Part shown: positions 38,701-54,716 of the stretch, piece after piece
Numbering within the stretch: position 1 is the stretch's first letter
How the letters are laid out: each line of letters begins with the position of its first letter
DNA from: Eledone cirrhosa
Lineage: Eukaryota
NCBI GenBank assembly: GCA_964016885.1
Contig: OZ024742.1
Location: 337,156,001 to 337,220,000, forward strand
Length of the DNA stretch: 64,000 bases
Direction of reading: 5' to 3'
Translations under genes and position numbers: made by a program
The notes under the pieces: generated by a model
The model's input: only the letters and a program-made list of their open reading frames with translations
Told to the model about the DNA's origin: nothing
Databases searched by the model: none

Positions 38701-41700
38701 CTTTACAGTGTGATACACTTCCTACCACCAACTACTTTACAGTGTGATACACTTCCTACCACCAACTACTTTACAGTGAGATACACTTCCTACCACCAAC
38801 TACTTTACAGTGTGATACACTTCCTACCACCAACTACTTTACAGTGTGATACACTTCCTACCACCAACTACTTTACAGTGTGATACACTTCCTACCAGCA
38901 ACTACTTTACAGTGAGATACACTTCCTACCACCAACTACTTTACAGTGAGATACACTTCCTACCACCAACTACTTTACAGTGTGATACCCTTCCTACCAC
39001 CAACTACTTTACAGTGTGATACACTTCCTACCACCAACTACTTTACAGTGTGATACACTTCCTACCACCAACTACTTTACAGTGAGATACACTTCCTACC
39101 ACCAACTACTTTACAGTGTGATACACTTCCTACCAACAACTACTTTACAATGTGATACACTTCCTACCACCAACTACTTTACAGTGTGATACACTTCCTA
39201 CCACCAACTACTTTACAGTGTGATACACTTCCTACCACCAACTACTTTACAGTGAGATACACTTCCTACCACCAACTACTTTACAGTGAGATACACTTCC
39301 TACCACCAACTACTTTACAGTGAGATACACTTCCTACCACCAACTACTTTACAGTGAGATACACTTCCTACCACCAACTACTTTACAGTGTGATACACTT
39401 CCTACCAACTACTTTAAAGTGGGATACACTTCTTACCACCAACTACTTTACAGTGTGATACACTTCCTACCACCAACTACTTTACAGTGTGATACACTTC
39501 CTACCACCAACTACTTTACAGTGAGATACACTTCCAACCACCAACTACTTTACAGTGAGATACACTTCCTACCACCAACTACTTTACAGTGTGATACACT
39601 TCCTACCACCAACTACTTTACAGTGAGATACACTTCCAACCACCAACTACTTTACAGTGGTTTCTACAGTGAGATACACTTCCTACCACCAACTACTTTA
39701 CAGTGAGATACACTTCCTACCACCAACTACTTTACAGTGTGATACACTTCCTACCAGCAACTACTTTACAGTGAGATACACTTCCTACCACCAACTACTT
39801 TACAGTGAGATACACTTCCTACCACCAACTACTTTACAGTGTGATACACTTCCTACCACCAAATACTTTACAGTGTGATACACTTCCTACCACCAACTAC
39901 TTTACAGTGTGATACACTTCCTACCACCAACTACTTTACAGTGAGATACACTTCCTACCACCAACTACTTTACAGTGTGATACACTTCCTACCACCAACT
40001 ACTTTACAGTGTGATACACTTCCTACCACCAACTACTTTACAGTGTGATACACTTCCTACCAGCAACTACTTTACAGTGAGATACACTTCCTACCACCAA
40101 CTACTTTACAGTGAGATACACTTCCTACCACCAACTACTTTACAGTGTGATACCCTTCCTACCATCCAACTACTTTACAGTGTGATACACTTCCTACCAC
40201 CAACTACTTTACAGTGTGATACACTTCCTACCACCAACTACTTTACAGTGAGATACACTTCCAACCACCAACTACTTTACAGTGGTTTCTACAGTGAGAT
40301 ACACTTCCTACCACCAACTACTTTACAGTGAGATACACTTCCTACCACCAACTACTTTACAGTGTGATACACTTCCTACCACCAACTACTTTACAGTGTG
40401 ATACACTTCCTACCACCAACTACTTTACAGTGTGATACACTTCCTACCACCAACTCCTTTATAGTGAGATACACTTCCTACCACCAACTACTTTACAGTG
40501 TGATACACTTCCTACCACCAACTACTTTACAGTGAGATACACTTCCTACCACCAACTACTTTACAGTGAGATACACTTCCAACCACCAACTACTTTACAG
40601 TGGTTTCTACAGTGAGATACACTTGCTACCACCAACTACTTTACAGTGTGATACACTTCCAACCACCAACTACTTTACAGTGTGATACACTTCCAACCAC
40701 CAACTACTTTACAGTGTGATACACTTCCTACCACCAACTACTTTACAGTGTGATACACTTCCTACCACCAACTACTTTACAGTGAGATACACTTCCTACC
40801 ACCAACTACTTTACAGTGTGATACACTTCCTACCACCAACTACTTTACAGTGAGATACACTTCCAACCACCAACTACTTTACAGTGGTTTCTACAGTGAG
40901 ATACACTTCCTACCACCAACTACTTTACAGTGAGATACACTTCCTACCACCAACTACTTTACAGTGTGATACACTTCCTACCAACAACTACTTTACAATG
41001 TGATACACTTCCTACCACCAACTACTTTACAGTGTGATACACTTCCTACCACCAACTACTTTACAGTGTGATACACTTCCTACCACCAACTACTTTACAG
41101 TGAGATACACTTCCTACCACCAACTACTTTACAGTGTGATACACTTCCTACCACCAACTACTTTACAGTGAGATACACTTCCAACCACCAACTACTTTAC
41201 AGTGGTTTCTACAGTGAGATACACTTCCTACCACCAACTACTTTACAGTGAGATACACTTCCTACCACCAACTACTTTACAGTGTGATACACTTCCTACC
41301 AGCAACTACTTTACAGTGAGATACACTTCCTACCACCAACTACTTTACAGTGAGATACACTTCCTACCACCAACTACTTTACAGTGTGATACACTTCCTA
41401 CCACCAAATACTTTACAGTGTGATACACTTCCTACCACCAACTACTTTACAGTGTGATACACTTCCTACCACCAACTACTTTACAGTGAGATACACTTCC
41501 TACCACCAACTACTTTACAGTGTGATACACTTCCTACCACCAACTACTTTACAGTGTGATACACTTCCTACCACCAACTACTTTACAGTGTGATACACTT
41601 CCTACCACCAACTACTTTACAGTGAGATACACTTCCTACCACCAACTACTTTACAGTGAGATACACTTCCTACCACCAACTACTTTACAGTGTGATACCC

Positions 41701-44700
41701 TTCCTACCACCAACTACTTTACAGTGTGATACACTTCCTACCACCAACTACTTTACAGTGTGATACACTTCCTACCACCAACTACTTTACAGTGAGATAC
41801 ACTTCCAACCACCAACTACTTTACAGTGGTTTCTACAGTGAGATACACTTCCTACCACCAACTACTTTACAGTGAGATACACTTCCTACCACCAACTACT
41901 TTACAGTGTGATACACTTCCTACCACCAACTACTTTACAGTGTGATACACTTCCTACCACCAACTACTTTACAGTGTGATACACTTCCTACCACCAACTC
42001 CTTTATAGTGAGATACACTTCCTACCACCAACTACTTTACAGTGAGATACACTTCCTACCACCAACTACTTTACAGTGTGATACACTTCCTACCACCAAC
42101 TACTTTACAGTGAGATACACTTCCTACCACCAACTACTTTACAGTGTGATACACTTCCTACCACCAACTACTTTACAGTGTGATACACTTCCTACCACCA
42201 ACTACTTTACAGTGAGATACACTTCCTACCACCAACTACTTTACAGTGTGATACACTTCCTACCACCAACTACTTTACAGTGTGATACACTTCCTACCAC
42301 CAACTACTTTACAGTGTGATACACTTCCTACCAGCAACTACTTTACAGTGAGATACACTTCCTACCACCAACTACTTTACAGTGAGATACACTTCCTACC
42401 ACCAACTACTTTACAGTGTGATACCCTTCCTACCACCAACTACTTTACAGTGTGATACACTTCCTACCACCAACTACTTTACAGTGTGATACACTTCCTA
42501 CCACCAACTACTTTACAGTGAGATACACTTCCTACCACCAACTACTTTACAGTGTGATACACTTCCTACCAACAACTACTTTACAATGTGATACACTTCC
42601 TACCACCAACTACTTTACAGTGTGATACACTTCCTACCACCAACTACTTTACAGTGTGATACACTTCCTACCACCAACTACTTTACAGTGAGATACACTT
42701 CCTACCACCAACTACTTTACAGTGAGATACACTTCCTACCACCAACTACTTTACAGTGAGATACACTTCCTACCACCAACTACTTTACAGTGAGATACAC
42801 TTCCTACCACCAACTACTTTACAGTGTGATACACTTCCTACCAACTACTTTAAAGTGGGATACACTTCTTACCACCAACTACTTTACAGTGTGATACACT
42901 TCCTACCACCAACTACTTTACAGTGTGATACACTTCCTACCACCAACTACTTTACAGTGAGATACACTTCCAACCACCAACTACTTTACAGTGAGATACA
43001 CTTCCTACCACCAACTACTTTACAGTGTGATACACTTCCTACCACCAACTACTTTACAGTGAGATACACTTCCAACCACCAACTACTTTACAGTGGTTTC
43101 TACAGTGAGATACACTTCCTACCACCAACTACTTTACAGTGAGATACACTTCCTACCACCAACTACTTTACAGTGTGATACACTTCCTACCAGCAACTAC
43201 TTTACAGTGAGATACACTTCCTACCACCAACTACTTTACAGTGAGATACACTTCCTACCACCAACTACTTTACAGTGTGATACACTTCCTACCACCAAAT
43301 ACTTTACAGTGTGATACACTTCCTACCACCAACTACTTTACAGTGTGATACACTTCCTACCACCAACTACTTTACAGTGAGATACACTTCCTACCACCAA
43401 CTACTTTACAGTGTGATACACTTCCTACCACCAACTACTTTACAGTGTGATACACTTCCTACCACCAACTACTTTACAGTGTGATACACTTCCTACCAGC
43501 AACTACTTTACAGTGAGATACACTTCCTACCACCAACTACTTTACAGTGAGATACACTTCCTACCACCAACTACTTTACAGTGTGATACCCTTCCTACCA
43601 TCCAACTACTTTACAGTGTGATACACTTCCTACCACCAACTACTTTACAGTGTGATACACTTCCGACCACCAACTACTTTACAGTGAGATACACTTCCAA
43701 CCACCAACTACTTTACAGTGGTTTCTACAGTGAGATACACTTCCTACCACCAACTACTTTACAGTGAGATACACTTCCTACCACCAACTACTTTACAGTG
43801 TGATACACTTCCTACCACCAACTACTTTACAGTGTGATACACTTCCTACCACCAACTACTTTACAGTGTGATACACTTCCTACCACCAACTCCTTTATAG
43901 TGAGATACACTTCCTACCACCAACTACTTTACAGTGTGATACACTTCCTACCACCAACTACTTTACAGTGAGATACACTTCCTACCACCAACTACTTTAC
44001 AGTGAGATACACTTCCAACCACCAACTACTTTACAGTGGTTTCTACAGTGAGATACACTTGCTACCACCAACTACTTTACAGTGTGATACACTTCCAACC
44101 ACCAACTACTTTACAGTGTGATACACTTCCAACCACCAACTACTTTACAGTGTGATACACTTCCTACCACCAACTACTTTACAGTGTGATACACTTCCTA
44201 CCACCAACTACTTTACAGTGAGATACACTTCCTACCACCAACTACTTTACAGTGTGATACACTTCCTACCACCAACTACTTTACAGTGAGATACACTTCC
44301 AACCACCAACTACTTTACAGTGGTTTCTACAGTGAGATACACTTCCTACCACCAACTACTTTACAGTGAGATACACTTCCTACCACCAACTACTTTACAG
44401 TGTGATACACTTCCTACCAACAACTACTTTACAATGTGATACACTTCCTACCACCAACTACTTTACAGTGTGATACACTTCCTACCACCAACTACTTTAC
44501 AGTGTGATACACTTCCTACCACCAACTACTTTACAGTGAGATACACTTCCTACCACCAACTACTTTACAGTGTGATACACTTCCTACCACCAACTACTTT
44601 ACAGTGAGATACACTTCCAACCACCAACTACTTTACAGTGGTTTCTACAGTGAGATACACTTCCTACCACCAACTACTTTACAGTGAGATACACTTCCTA

Positions 44701-47700
44701 CCACCAACTACTTTACAGTGTGATACACTTCCTACCAGCAACTACTTTACAGTGAGATACACTTCCTACCACCAACTACTTTACAGTGAGATACACTTCC
44801 TACCACCAACTACTTTACAGTGTGATACACTTCCTACCACCAAATACTTTACAGTGTGATACACTTCCTACCACCAACTACTTTACAGTGTGATACACTT
44901 CCTACCACCAACTACTTTACAGTGAGATACACTTCCTACCACCAACTACTTTACAGTGTGATACACTTCCTACCACCAACTACTTTACAGTGTGATACAC
45001 TTCCTACCACCAACTACTTTACAGTGTGATACACTTCCTACCACCAACTACTTTACAGTGAGATACACTTCCTACCACCAACTACTTTACAGTGAGATAC
45101 ACTTCCTACCACCAACTACTTTACAGTGTGATACCCTTCCTACCACCAACTACTTTACAGTGTGATACACTTCCTACCACCAACTACTTTACAGTGTGAT
45201 ACACTTCCTACCACCAACTACTTTACAGTGAGATACACTTCCAACCACCAACTACTTTACAGTGGTTTCTACAGTGAGATACACTTCCTACCACCAACTA
45301 CTTTACAGTGAGATACACTTCCTACCACCAACTACTTTACAGTGTGATACACTTCCTACCACCAACTACTTTACAGTGTGATACACTTCCTACCACCAAC
45401 TACTTTACAGTGTGATACACTTCCTACCACCAACTCCTTTATAGTGAGATACACTTCCTACCACCAACTACTTTACAGTGTGATACACTTCCTACCACCA
45501 ACTACTTTACAGTGAGATACACTTCCTACCACCAACTACTTTACAGTGAGATACACTTCCAACCACCAACTACTTTACAGTGGTTTCTACAGTGAGATAC
45601 ACTTGCTACCACCAACTACTTTACAGTGTGATACACTTCCAACCACCAACTACTTTACAGTGTGATACACTTCCTACCACCAACTACTTTACAGTGTGAT
45701 ACACTTCCTACCACCAACTACTTTACAGTGAGATACACTTCCTACCACCAACTACTTTACAGTGAGATACACTTCCTACCACCAACTACTTTACAGTGAG
45801 ATACACTTCCTACCACCAACTACTTTACAGTGAGATACACTTCCTACCACCAACTACTTTACAGTGAGATACACTTCCTACCACCAACTACTTTACAGTG
45901 AGATACACTTCCTACCACTAACTACTTTACAGTGTGATACACTTCCTACCACCAACTACTTTACAGTGAGATACACTTCCTACCACCAACTACTTTACAG
46001 TGTGATACACTTCCTACCACCAACTACTTTACAGTGAAATACACTTCCTACCACCAACAACTTTACAGTGAGATACACTTTCAACCACCAACTACTTTAC
46101 AGTGGTTTCTACAGTGAGATACACTTCCTACCACCAACTACTTTACAGTGTGATACACTTCCTACCACCAACTACTTTACAGTGAGATACACTTCCCACC
46201 ACCAACTACTTTACAGTGAGATACACTTCCTACCACCAACTACTTTACAGTGTGATACACTTCCTACCACCAACTACTTTACAGTGTGATACACTTCCTA
46301 CCACCAACTACTTTACAGTGAGATACACTTCCTACCACCAACTACTTTACAGTGAGATACACTTCCTACCACCAACTACTTTACAGTGTGATACACTTCC
46401 TACCACCAACTACTTTACAGTGAGATACACTTCCAACCACCAACTACTTTACAGTGAGATACACTTCCAACCACCAACTACTTTACAGTGGTTTCTACAG
46501 TGAGATACACTTCCTACCACCAACTACTTTACAGTGAGATACACTTCCTACCACCAACTACTTTACAGTGTGATACACTTCCTACCACCAACTACTTTAC
46601 AGTGTGATACACTTCCTACCACCAACTACTTTACAGTGTGATACACTTCCTACCACCAACTACTTTACAGTGAGATACACTTCCTACCACCAACTACTTT
46701 ACAGTGTGATACACTTCCTACCACCAACTACTTTACAGTGTGATACACTTCCTACCACCAACTACTTTACAGTGTGATACACTTCCTACCACCAACTACT
46801 TTACAGTGTGATACACTTCCTACCACCAACTACTTTACAGTGTGATACACTTCCTACCACCAACTACTTTACAGTGAGATACACTTCCAACCACCAACTA
46901 CTTTACAGTGGTTTCTACAGTGAGATACACTTCCTACCACCAACTACTTTACAGTGTGATACACTTCCTACCACCAACTACTTTACAGTGTGATACACTT
47001 CCTACCACCAACTACTTTACAGTGAGATACACTTCCTACCACCAACTACTTTACAGTGAGATACACTTCCAACCACCAACTACTTTACAGTGGTTTCTAC
47101 AGTGAGATACACTTCCTACCACCAACTACTTTACAGTGAGATACACTTCCTACCACCAACTACTTTACAGTGTGATACACTTCCTACCACCAACTACTTT
47201 ACAGTGTGATACACTTCCTACCACCAACTACTTTACAGTGTGATACACTTCCTACCACCAACTACTTTACAGTGAGATACACTTCCTACCACCAACTACT
47301 TTACAGTGTGATACACTTCCTACCACCAACTACTTTACAGTGAGATACACTTCCAACCACCAACTACTTTACAGTGGTTTCTACAGTGAGATACACTTCC
47401 TACCACCAACTACTTTACAGTGAGATACACTTCCTACCACCAACTACTTTACAGTGTGATACACTTCCTACCACCAACTACTTTACAGTGAGATACACTT
47501 CCTACCACCAACTACTTTACAGTGAGATACACTTCCTACCACCAACTACTTTACAGTGTGATACACTTCCTACCAGCAACTACTTTACAGTGTGATACAC
47601 TTCCTACCAGCAACTACTTTACAGTGTGATACACTTCCTACCACCAACTACTTTACAGTGTGATACACTTCCTACCACCAACTACTTTACAGTGAGATAC

Positions 47701-50700
47701 ACTTCCTACCACCAACTACTTTACAGTGAGATACACTTCCTACCACCAACTACTTTACAGTGTGATACCCTTCCTACCACCAACTACTTTACAGTGTGAT
47801 ACACTTCCTACCACCAACTACTTTACAGTGAGATACACTTGCTACCACCAACTACTTTACAGTGTGATACACTTCCTACCACCAACTACTTTACAGTGAG
47901 ATACACTTCCAACCACCAACTACTTTACAGTGGTTTCTACAGTGAGATACACTTGCTACCACCAACTACTTTACAGTGTGATACACTTCCTACCACCAAC
48001 TACTTTACAGTGTGATACACTTCCTACCACCAACTACTTTACAGTGTGATACACTTCCTACCACCAACTACTTTACAGTGAGATACACTTCCTACCACCA
48101 ACTACTTTACAGTGTGATACACTTCCTACCACCAACTACTTTACAGTGAGATACACTTCCAACCACCAACTACTTTACAGTGGTTTCTACAGTGAGATAC
48201 ACTTCCTACCACCAACTACTTTACAGTGAGATACACTTCCTACCACCAACTACTTTACAGTGTGATACACTTCCTACCACCAACTACTTTACAGTGAGAT
48301 ACACTTCCTACCACCAACTACTTCACAGTGAGATACACTTCCTACCACCAACTACTTTACAGTGTGATACCCTTCCTACCACCAACTACTTTACAGTGTG
48401 ATACACTTCCTACCACCAACTACTTTACAGTGAGATACACTTGCTACCACCAACTACTTTACAGTGAGATACACTTGCTACCACCAACTACTTTACAGTG
48501 TGATACCCTTCCTACCACCAACTACTTTACAGTGTGATACACTTCCTACCACCAACTACTTTACAGTGAGATACACTTGCTACCACCAACTACTTTACAG
48601 TGTGATACACTTCCTACCACCAACTACTTTACAGTGAGATACACTTCCAACCACCAACTACTTTACAGTGGTTTCTACAGTGAGATACACTTCCTACCAC
48701 CAACTACTTTACAGTGTGATACACTTCCAACCACCAACTACTTTACAGTGGTTTCTACAGTGAGATACACTTCCTACCACCAACTACTTTACAGAGTGAT
48801 ACACTTCCTACCACCAACTACTTTACAGTGTGATACACTTCCTACCACCAACTACTTTACAGTGAGATACACTTCCTACCACCAACTACTTTACAGTGAG
48901 ATACACTTCCTACCACCAACTACTTTACAGTGAGATACACTTCCTACCACCAACTACTTTACAGTGAGATACACTTCCTACCACCAACTACTTTACAGTG
49001 TGATACACTTCCTACCACCAACTACTTTACAGCGTGATACACTTCCTACCACCAACTACTTTACAGTGAGATACACTTCCTACCACCAACTACTTTACAG
49101 TGTGATACACTTCCTACCACCAACTACTTTACAGTGAGATACACTTCCAACCACCAACTACTTTACAGTGGTTTCTACAGTGAGATACACTTCCTACCAC
49201 CAACTACTTTACAGTGAGATACACTTCCTACCACCAACTACTTTACAGTGTGATACACTTCCTACCACCAACTACTTTACAGTGAGATACACTTCCTACC
49301 ACCAACTACTTTACAGTGAGATACACTTCCTACCACCAACTACTTTACAGTGTGATACCCTTCCTACCACCAACTACTTTACAGTGTGATACACTTCCTA
49401 CCACCAACTACTTTACAGTGAGATACACTTGCTACCACCAACTACTTTACAGTGAGATACACTTGCTACCACCAACTACTTTACAGTGTGATACCCTTCC
49501 TACCACCAACTACTTTACAGTGTGATACACTTCCTACCACCAACTACTTTACAGTGAGATACACTTGCTACCACCAACTACTTTACAGTGTGATACACTT
49601 CCTACCACCAACTACTTTACAGTGAGATACACTTCCAACCACCAACTACTTTACAGTGGTTTCTACAGTGAGATACACTTCCTACCACCAACTACTTTAC
49701 AGTGAGATACACTTCCTACCACCAACTACTTTACAGTGTGATACACTTCCTACCACCAACTACTTTACAGTGAGATACACTTCCTACCACCAACTACTTC
49801 ACAGTGAGATACACTTCCTACCACCAACTACTTTACAGTGTGATACCCTTCCTACCACCAACTACTTTACAGTGTGATACACTTCCTACCACCAACTACT
49901 TTACAGTGAGATACACTTGCTACCACCAACTACTTTACAGTGAGATACACTTGCTACCACCAACTACTTTACAGTGTGATACCCTTCCTACCACCAACTA
50001 CTTTACAGTGTGATACACTTCCTACCACCAACTACTTTACAGTGAGATACACTTGCTACCACCAACTACTTTACAGTGTGATACACTTCCTACCACCAAC
50101 TACTTTACAGTGAGATACACTTCCAACCACCAACTACTTTACAGTGGTTTCTACAGTGAGATACACTTCCTACCACCAACTACTTTACAGTGTGATACAC
50201 TTCCAACCACCAACTACTTTACAGTGGTTTCTACAGTGAGATACACTTCCTACCACCAACTACTTTACAGAGTGATACACTTCCTACCACCAACTACTTT
50301 ACAGTGTGATACACTTCCTACCACCAACTACTTTACAGTGAGATACACTTCCTACCACCAACTACTTTACAGTGAGATACACTTCCTACCACCAACTACT
50401 TTACAGTGAGATACACTTCCTACCACCAACTACTTTACAGTGAGATACACTTCCTACCACCAACTACTTTACAGTGTGATACACTTCCTACCACCAACTA
50501 CTTTACAGCGTGATACACTTCCTACCACCAACTACTTTACAGTGAGATACACTTCCTACCACCAACTACTTTACAGTGTGATACACTTCCTACCACCAAC
50601 TACTTTACAGTGAGATACACTTCCAACCACCAACTACTTTACAGTGGTTTCTACAGTGAGATACACTTCCTACCACCAACTACTTTACAGTGAGATACAC

Positions 50701-53700
50701 TTCCTACCACCAACTACTTTACAGTGTGATACACTTCCTACCACCAACTACTTTACAGTGAGATACACTTCCTACCACCAACTACTTTACAGTGAGATAC
50801 ACTTCCTACCACCAACTACTTTACAGTGTGATACCCTTCCTACCACCAACTACTTTACAGTGTGATACACTTCCTACCACCAACTACTTTACAGTGAGAT
50901 ACACTTGCTACCACCAACTACTTTACAGTGAGATACACTTGCTACCACCAACTACTTTACAGTGTGATACCCTTCCTACCACCAACTACTTTACAGTGTG
51001 ATACACTTCCTACCACCAACTACTTTACAGTGAGATACACTTGCTACCACCAACTACTTTACAGTGTGATACACTTCCTACCACCAACTACTTTACAGTG
51101 AGATACACTTCCAACCACCAACTACTTTACAGTGGTTTCTACAGTGAGATACACTTCCTACCACCAACTACTTTACAGTGTGATACACTTCCAACCACCA
51201 ACTACTTTACAGTGGTTTCTACAGTGAGATACACTTCCTACCACCAACTACTTTACAGAGCGATACACTTCCTACCACCAACTACTTTACAGTGAGATAC
51301 ACTTCCTACCACCAACTACTTTACAGTGTGATACACTTCCTACCACCAACTACTTTACAGTGTGATACACTTCCTACCACCAACTACTTTACAGTGAGAT
51401 ACACTTCCTACCACCAACTACTTTACAGTGAGATACACTTCCTACCACCAACTACTTTACAGTGTGATACACTTCCTACCACCAACTACTTTACAGTGTG
51501 ATACACTTCCTACCACCAACTACTTTACAGTGAGATACACTTCCTACCACCAACTACTTTACAGTGTGATACACTTCCTACCACCAACTACTTTACAGTG
51601 AGATACACTTCCTACCACCAACTACTTTACAGTGAGATACACTTCCTACCACCAACTACTTTACAGTGTGATACACTTCCTACCACCAACTACTTTACAA
51701 TGTGATACACTTCCTACCACCAACTACTTTACAGTGAGATACACTTCCTACCACCAACTACTTTACAGTGAGATACACTTCCTACCACCAACTACTTTAC
51801 AGTGTGATACACTTCCTACCACCAACTACTTTACAGTGTGATACACTTCCTACCACCAACTACTTTACAGTGAGATACACTTCCTACCACCAACTACTTT
51901 ACAGTGAGATACACTTCCTACCACCAACTACTTTACAGTGTGATACACTTCCTACCACCAACTACTTTACAGTGTGATACACTTCCTACCACCAACTACT
52001 TTACAGTGAGATACACTTCCTACCACCAACTACTTTACAGTGAGATACACTTCCTACCACCAACTACTTTACAGTGTGATACACTTCCTACCACCAACTA
52101 CTTTACAGTGTGATACACTTCCTACCACCAACTACTTTACAGTGTGATACACTTCCTACCACCAACTACTTTACAGTGTGATACACTTCCTACCACCAAC
52201 TACTTTACAGTGTGATACACTTCCTACCACCAACTACTTTACAGTGTGATACACTTCCTACCACCAACTACTTTACAGTGTGATACACTTCCTACCACCA
52301 ACTACTTTACAGTGAGATACACTTCCTACCACCAACTACTTTACAGTGGGATACACTTCCTACCACCAACTACTTTACAGTGGGATACACTTCCTACCAC
52401 CAACTACTTTACAGTGTGATACACTTCCTACCACCAACTACTTTACAGTGAGATACACTTCCTACCACCAACTACTTTACAGTGAGATACACTTCCTACC
52501 ACCAACTACTTTACAGTGTGATACACTTCCTACCACCAACTACTTTACAGTGTGATACACTTCCTACCACCAACTACTTTACAGTGTGATACACTTCCTA
52601 CCACCAACTACTTTACAGTGTGATACACTTCCTACCACCAACTACTTTACAGTGTGATACACTTCCTACCACCAACTACTTTACAGTGTGATACACTTCC
52701 TACCACCAACTACTTTACAGTGAGATACACTTGCTACCACCAACTACTTTACAGTGAGATACACTTGCTACCACCAACTACTTTACAGTGTGATACCCTT
52801 CCTACCACCAACTACTTTACAGTGTGATACACTTCCTACCACCAACTACTTTACAGTGAGATACACTTGCTACCACCAACTACTTTACAGTGTGATACAC
52901 TTCCTACCACCAACTACTTTACAGTGAGATACACTTCCAACCACCAACTACTTTACAGTGGTTTCTACAGTGAGATACACTTCCTACCACCAACTACTTT
53001 ACAGTGTGATACACTTCCAACCACCAACTACTTTACAGTGGTTTCTACAGTGAGATACACTTCCTACCACCAACTACTTTACAGAGCGATACACTTCCTA
53101 CCACCAACTACTTTACAGTGAGATACACTTCCTACCACCAACTACTTTACAGTGTGATACACTTCCTACCACCAACTACTTTACAGTGTGATACACTTCC
53201 TACCACCAACTACTTTACAGTGAGATACACTTCCTACCACCAACTACTTTACAGTGAGATACACTTCCTACCACCAACTACTTTACAGTGTGATACACTT
53301 CCTACCACCAACTACTTTACAGTGTGATACACTTCCTACCACCAACTACTTTACAGTGAGATACACTTCCTACCACCAACTACTTTACAGTGTGATACAC
53401 TTCCTACCACCAACTACTTTACAGTGAGATACACTTCCTACCACCAACTACTTTACAGTGAGATACACTTCCTACCACCAACTACTTTACAGTGTGATAC
53501 ACTTCCTACCACCAACTACTTTACAATGTGATACACTTCCTACCACCAACTACTTTACAGTGAGATACACTTCCTACCACCAACTACTTTACAGTGAGAT
53601 ACACTTCCTACCACCAACTACTTTACAGTGTGATACACTTCCTACCACCAACTACTTTACAGTGTGATACACTTCCTACCACCAACTACTTTACAGTGAG

Positions 53701-54716
53701 ATACACTTCCTACCACCAACTACTTTACAGTGAGATACACTTCCTACCACCAACTACTTTACAGTGTGATACACTTCCTACCACCAACTACTTTACAGTG
53801 TGATACACTTCCTACCACCAACTACTTTACAGTGAGATACACTTCCTACCACCAACTACTTTACAGTGAGATACACTTCCTACCACCAACTACTTTACAG
53901 TGTGATACACTTCCTACCACCAACTACTTTACAGTGTGATACACTTCCTACCACCAACTACTTTACAGTGTGATACACTTCCTACCACCAACTACTTTAC
54001 AGTGTGATACACTTCCTACCACCAACTACTTTACAGTGTGATACACTTCCTACCACCAACTACTTTACAGTGTGATACACTTCCTACCACCAACTACTTT
54101 ACAGTGTGATACACTTCCTACCACCAACTACTTTACAGTGAGATACACTTCCTACCACCAACTACTTTACAGTGGGATACACTTCCTACCACCAACTACT
54201 TTACAGTGGGATACACTTCCTACCACCAACTACTTTACAGTGTGATACACTTCCTACCACCAACTACTTTACAGTGAGATACACTTCCTACCACCAACTA
54301 CTTTACAGTGAGATACACTTCCTACCACCAACTACTTTACAGTGTGATACACTTCCTACCACCAACTACTTTACAGTGTGATACACTTCCTACCACCAAC
54401 TACTTTACAGTGTGATACACTTCCTACCACCAACTACTTTACAGTGTGATACACTTCCTACCACCAACTACTTTACAGTGTGATACACTTCCTACCACCA
54501 ACTACTTTACAGTGTGATACACTTCCTACCACCAACTACTTTACAGTGTGATACACTTCCTACCACCAACTACTTTACAGTGAGATACACTTCCTACCAC
54601 CAACTACTTTACAGTGGGATACACTTCCTACCACCAACTACTTTACAGTGGGATACACTTCCTACCACCAACTACTTTACAGTGTGATACACTTCCTACC
54701 ACCAACTACTTTACAG
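32770..54716. repeat. 34-bp tandem satellite/minisatellite array (~640 units) in BPNT2 intron 1
   Basis: Consensus GTG(T/A)GATACACTTCCTACCACCAACTACTTTACA repeated head-to-tail without spacers over ~21.9 kb. Variants include 31-bp units (CAC deleted) and 46-bp units (GTGGTTTCTACA added). Confidence 0.99.

Noticed and set aside
32770-54716. CRISPR array (34-bp repeat length is CRISPR-like)
   Set aside because: Units are head-to-tail with no unique spacers, there are no cas genes, and the context is a eukaryotic intron.
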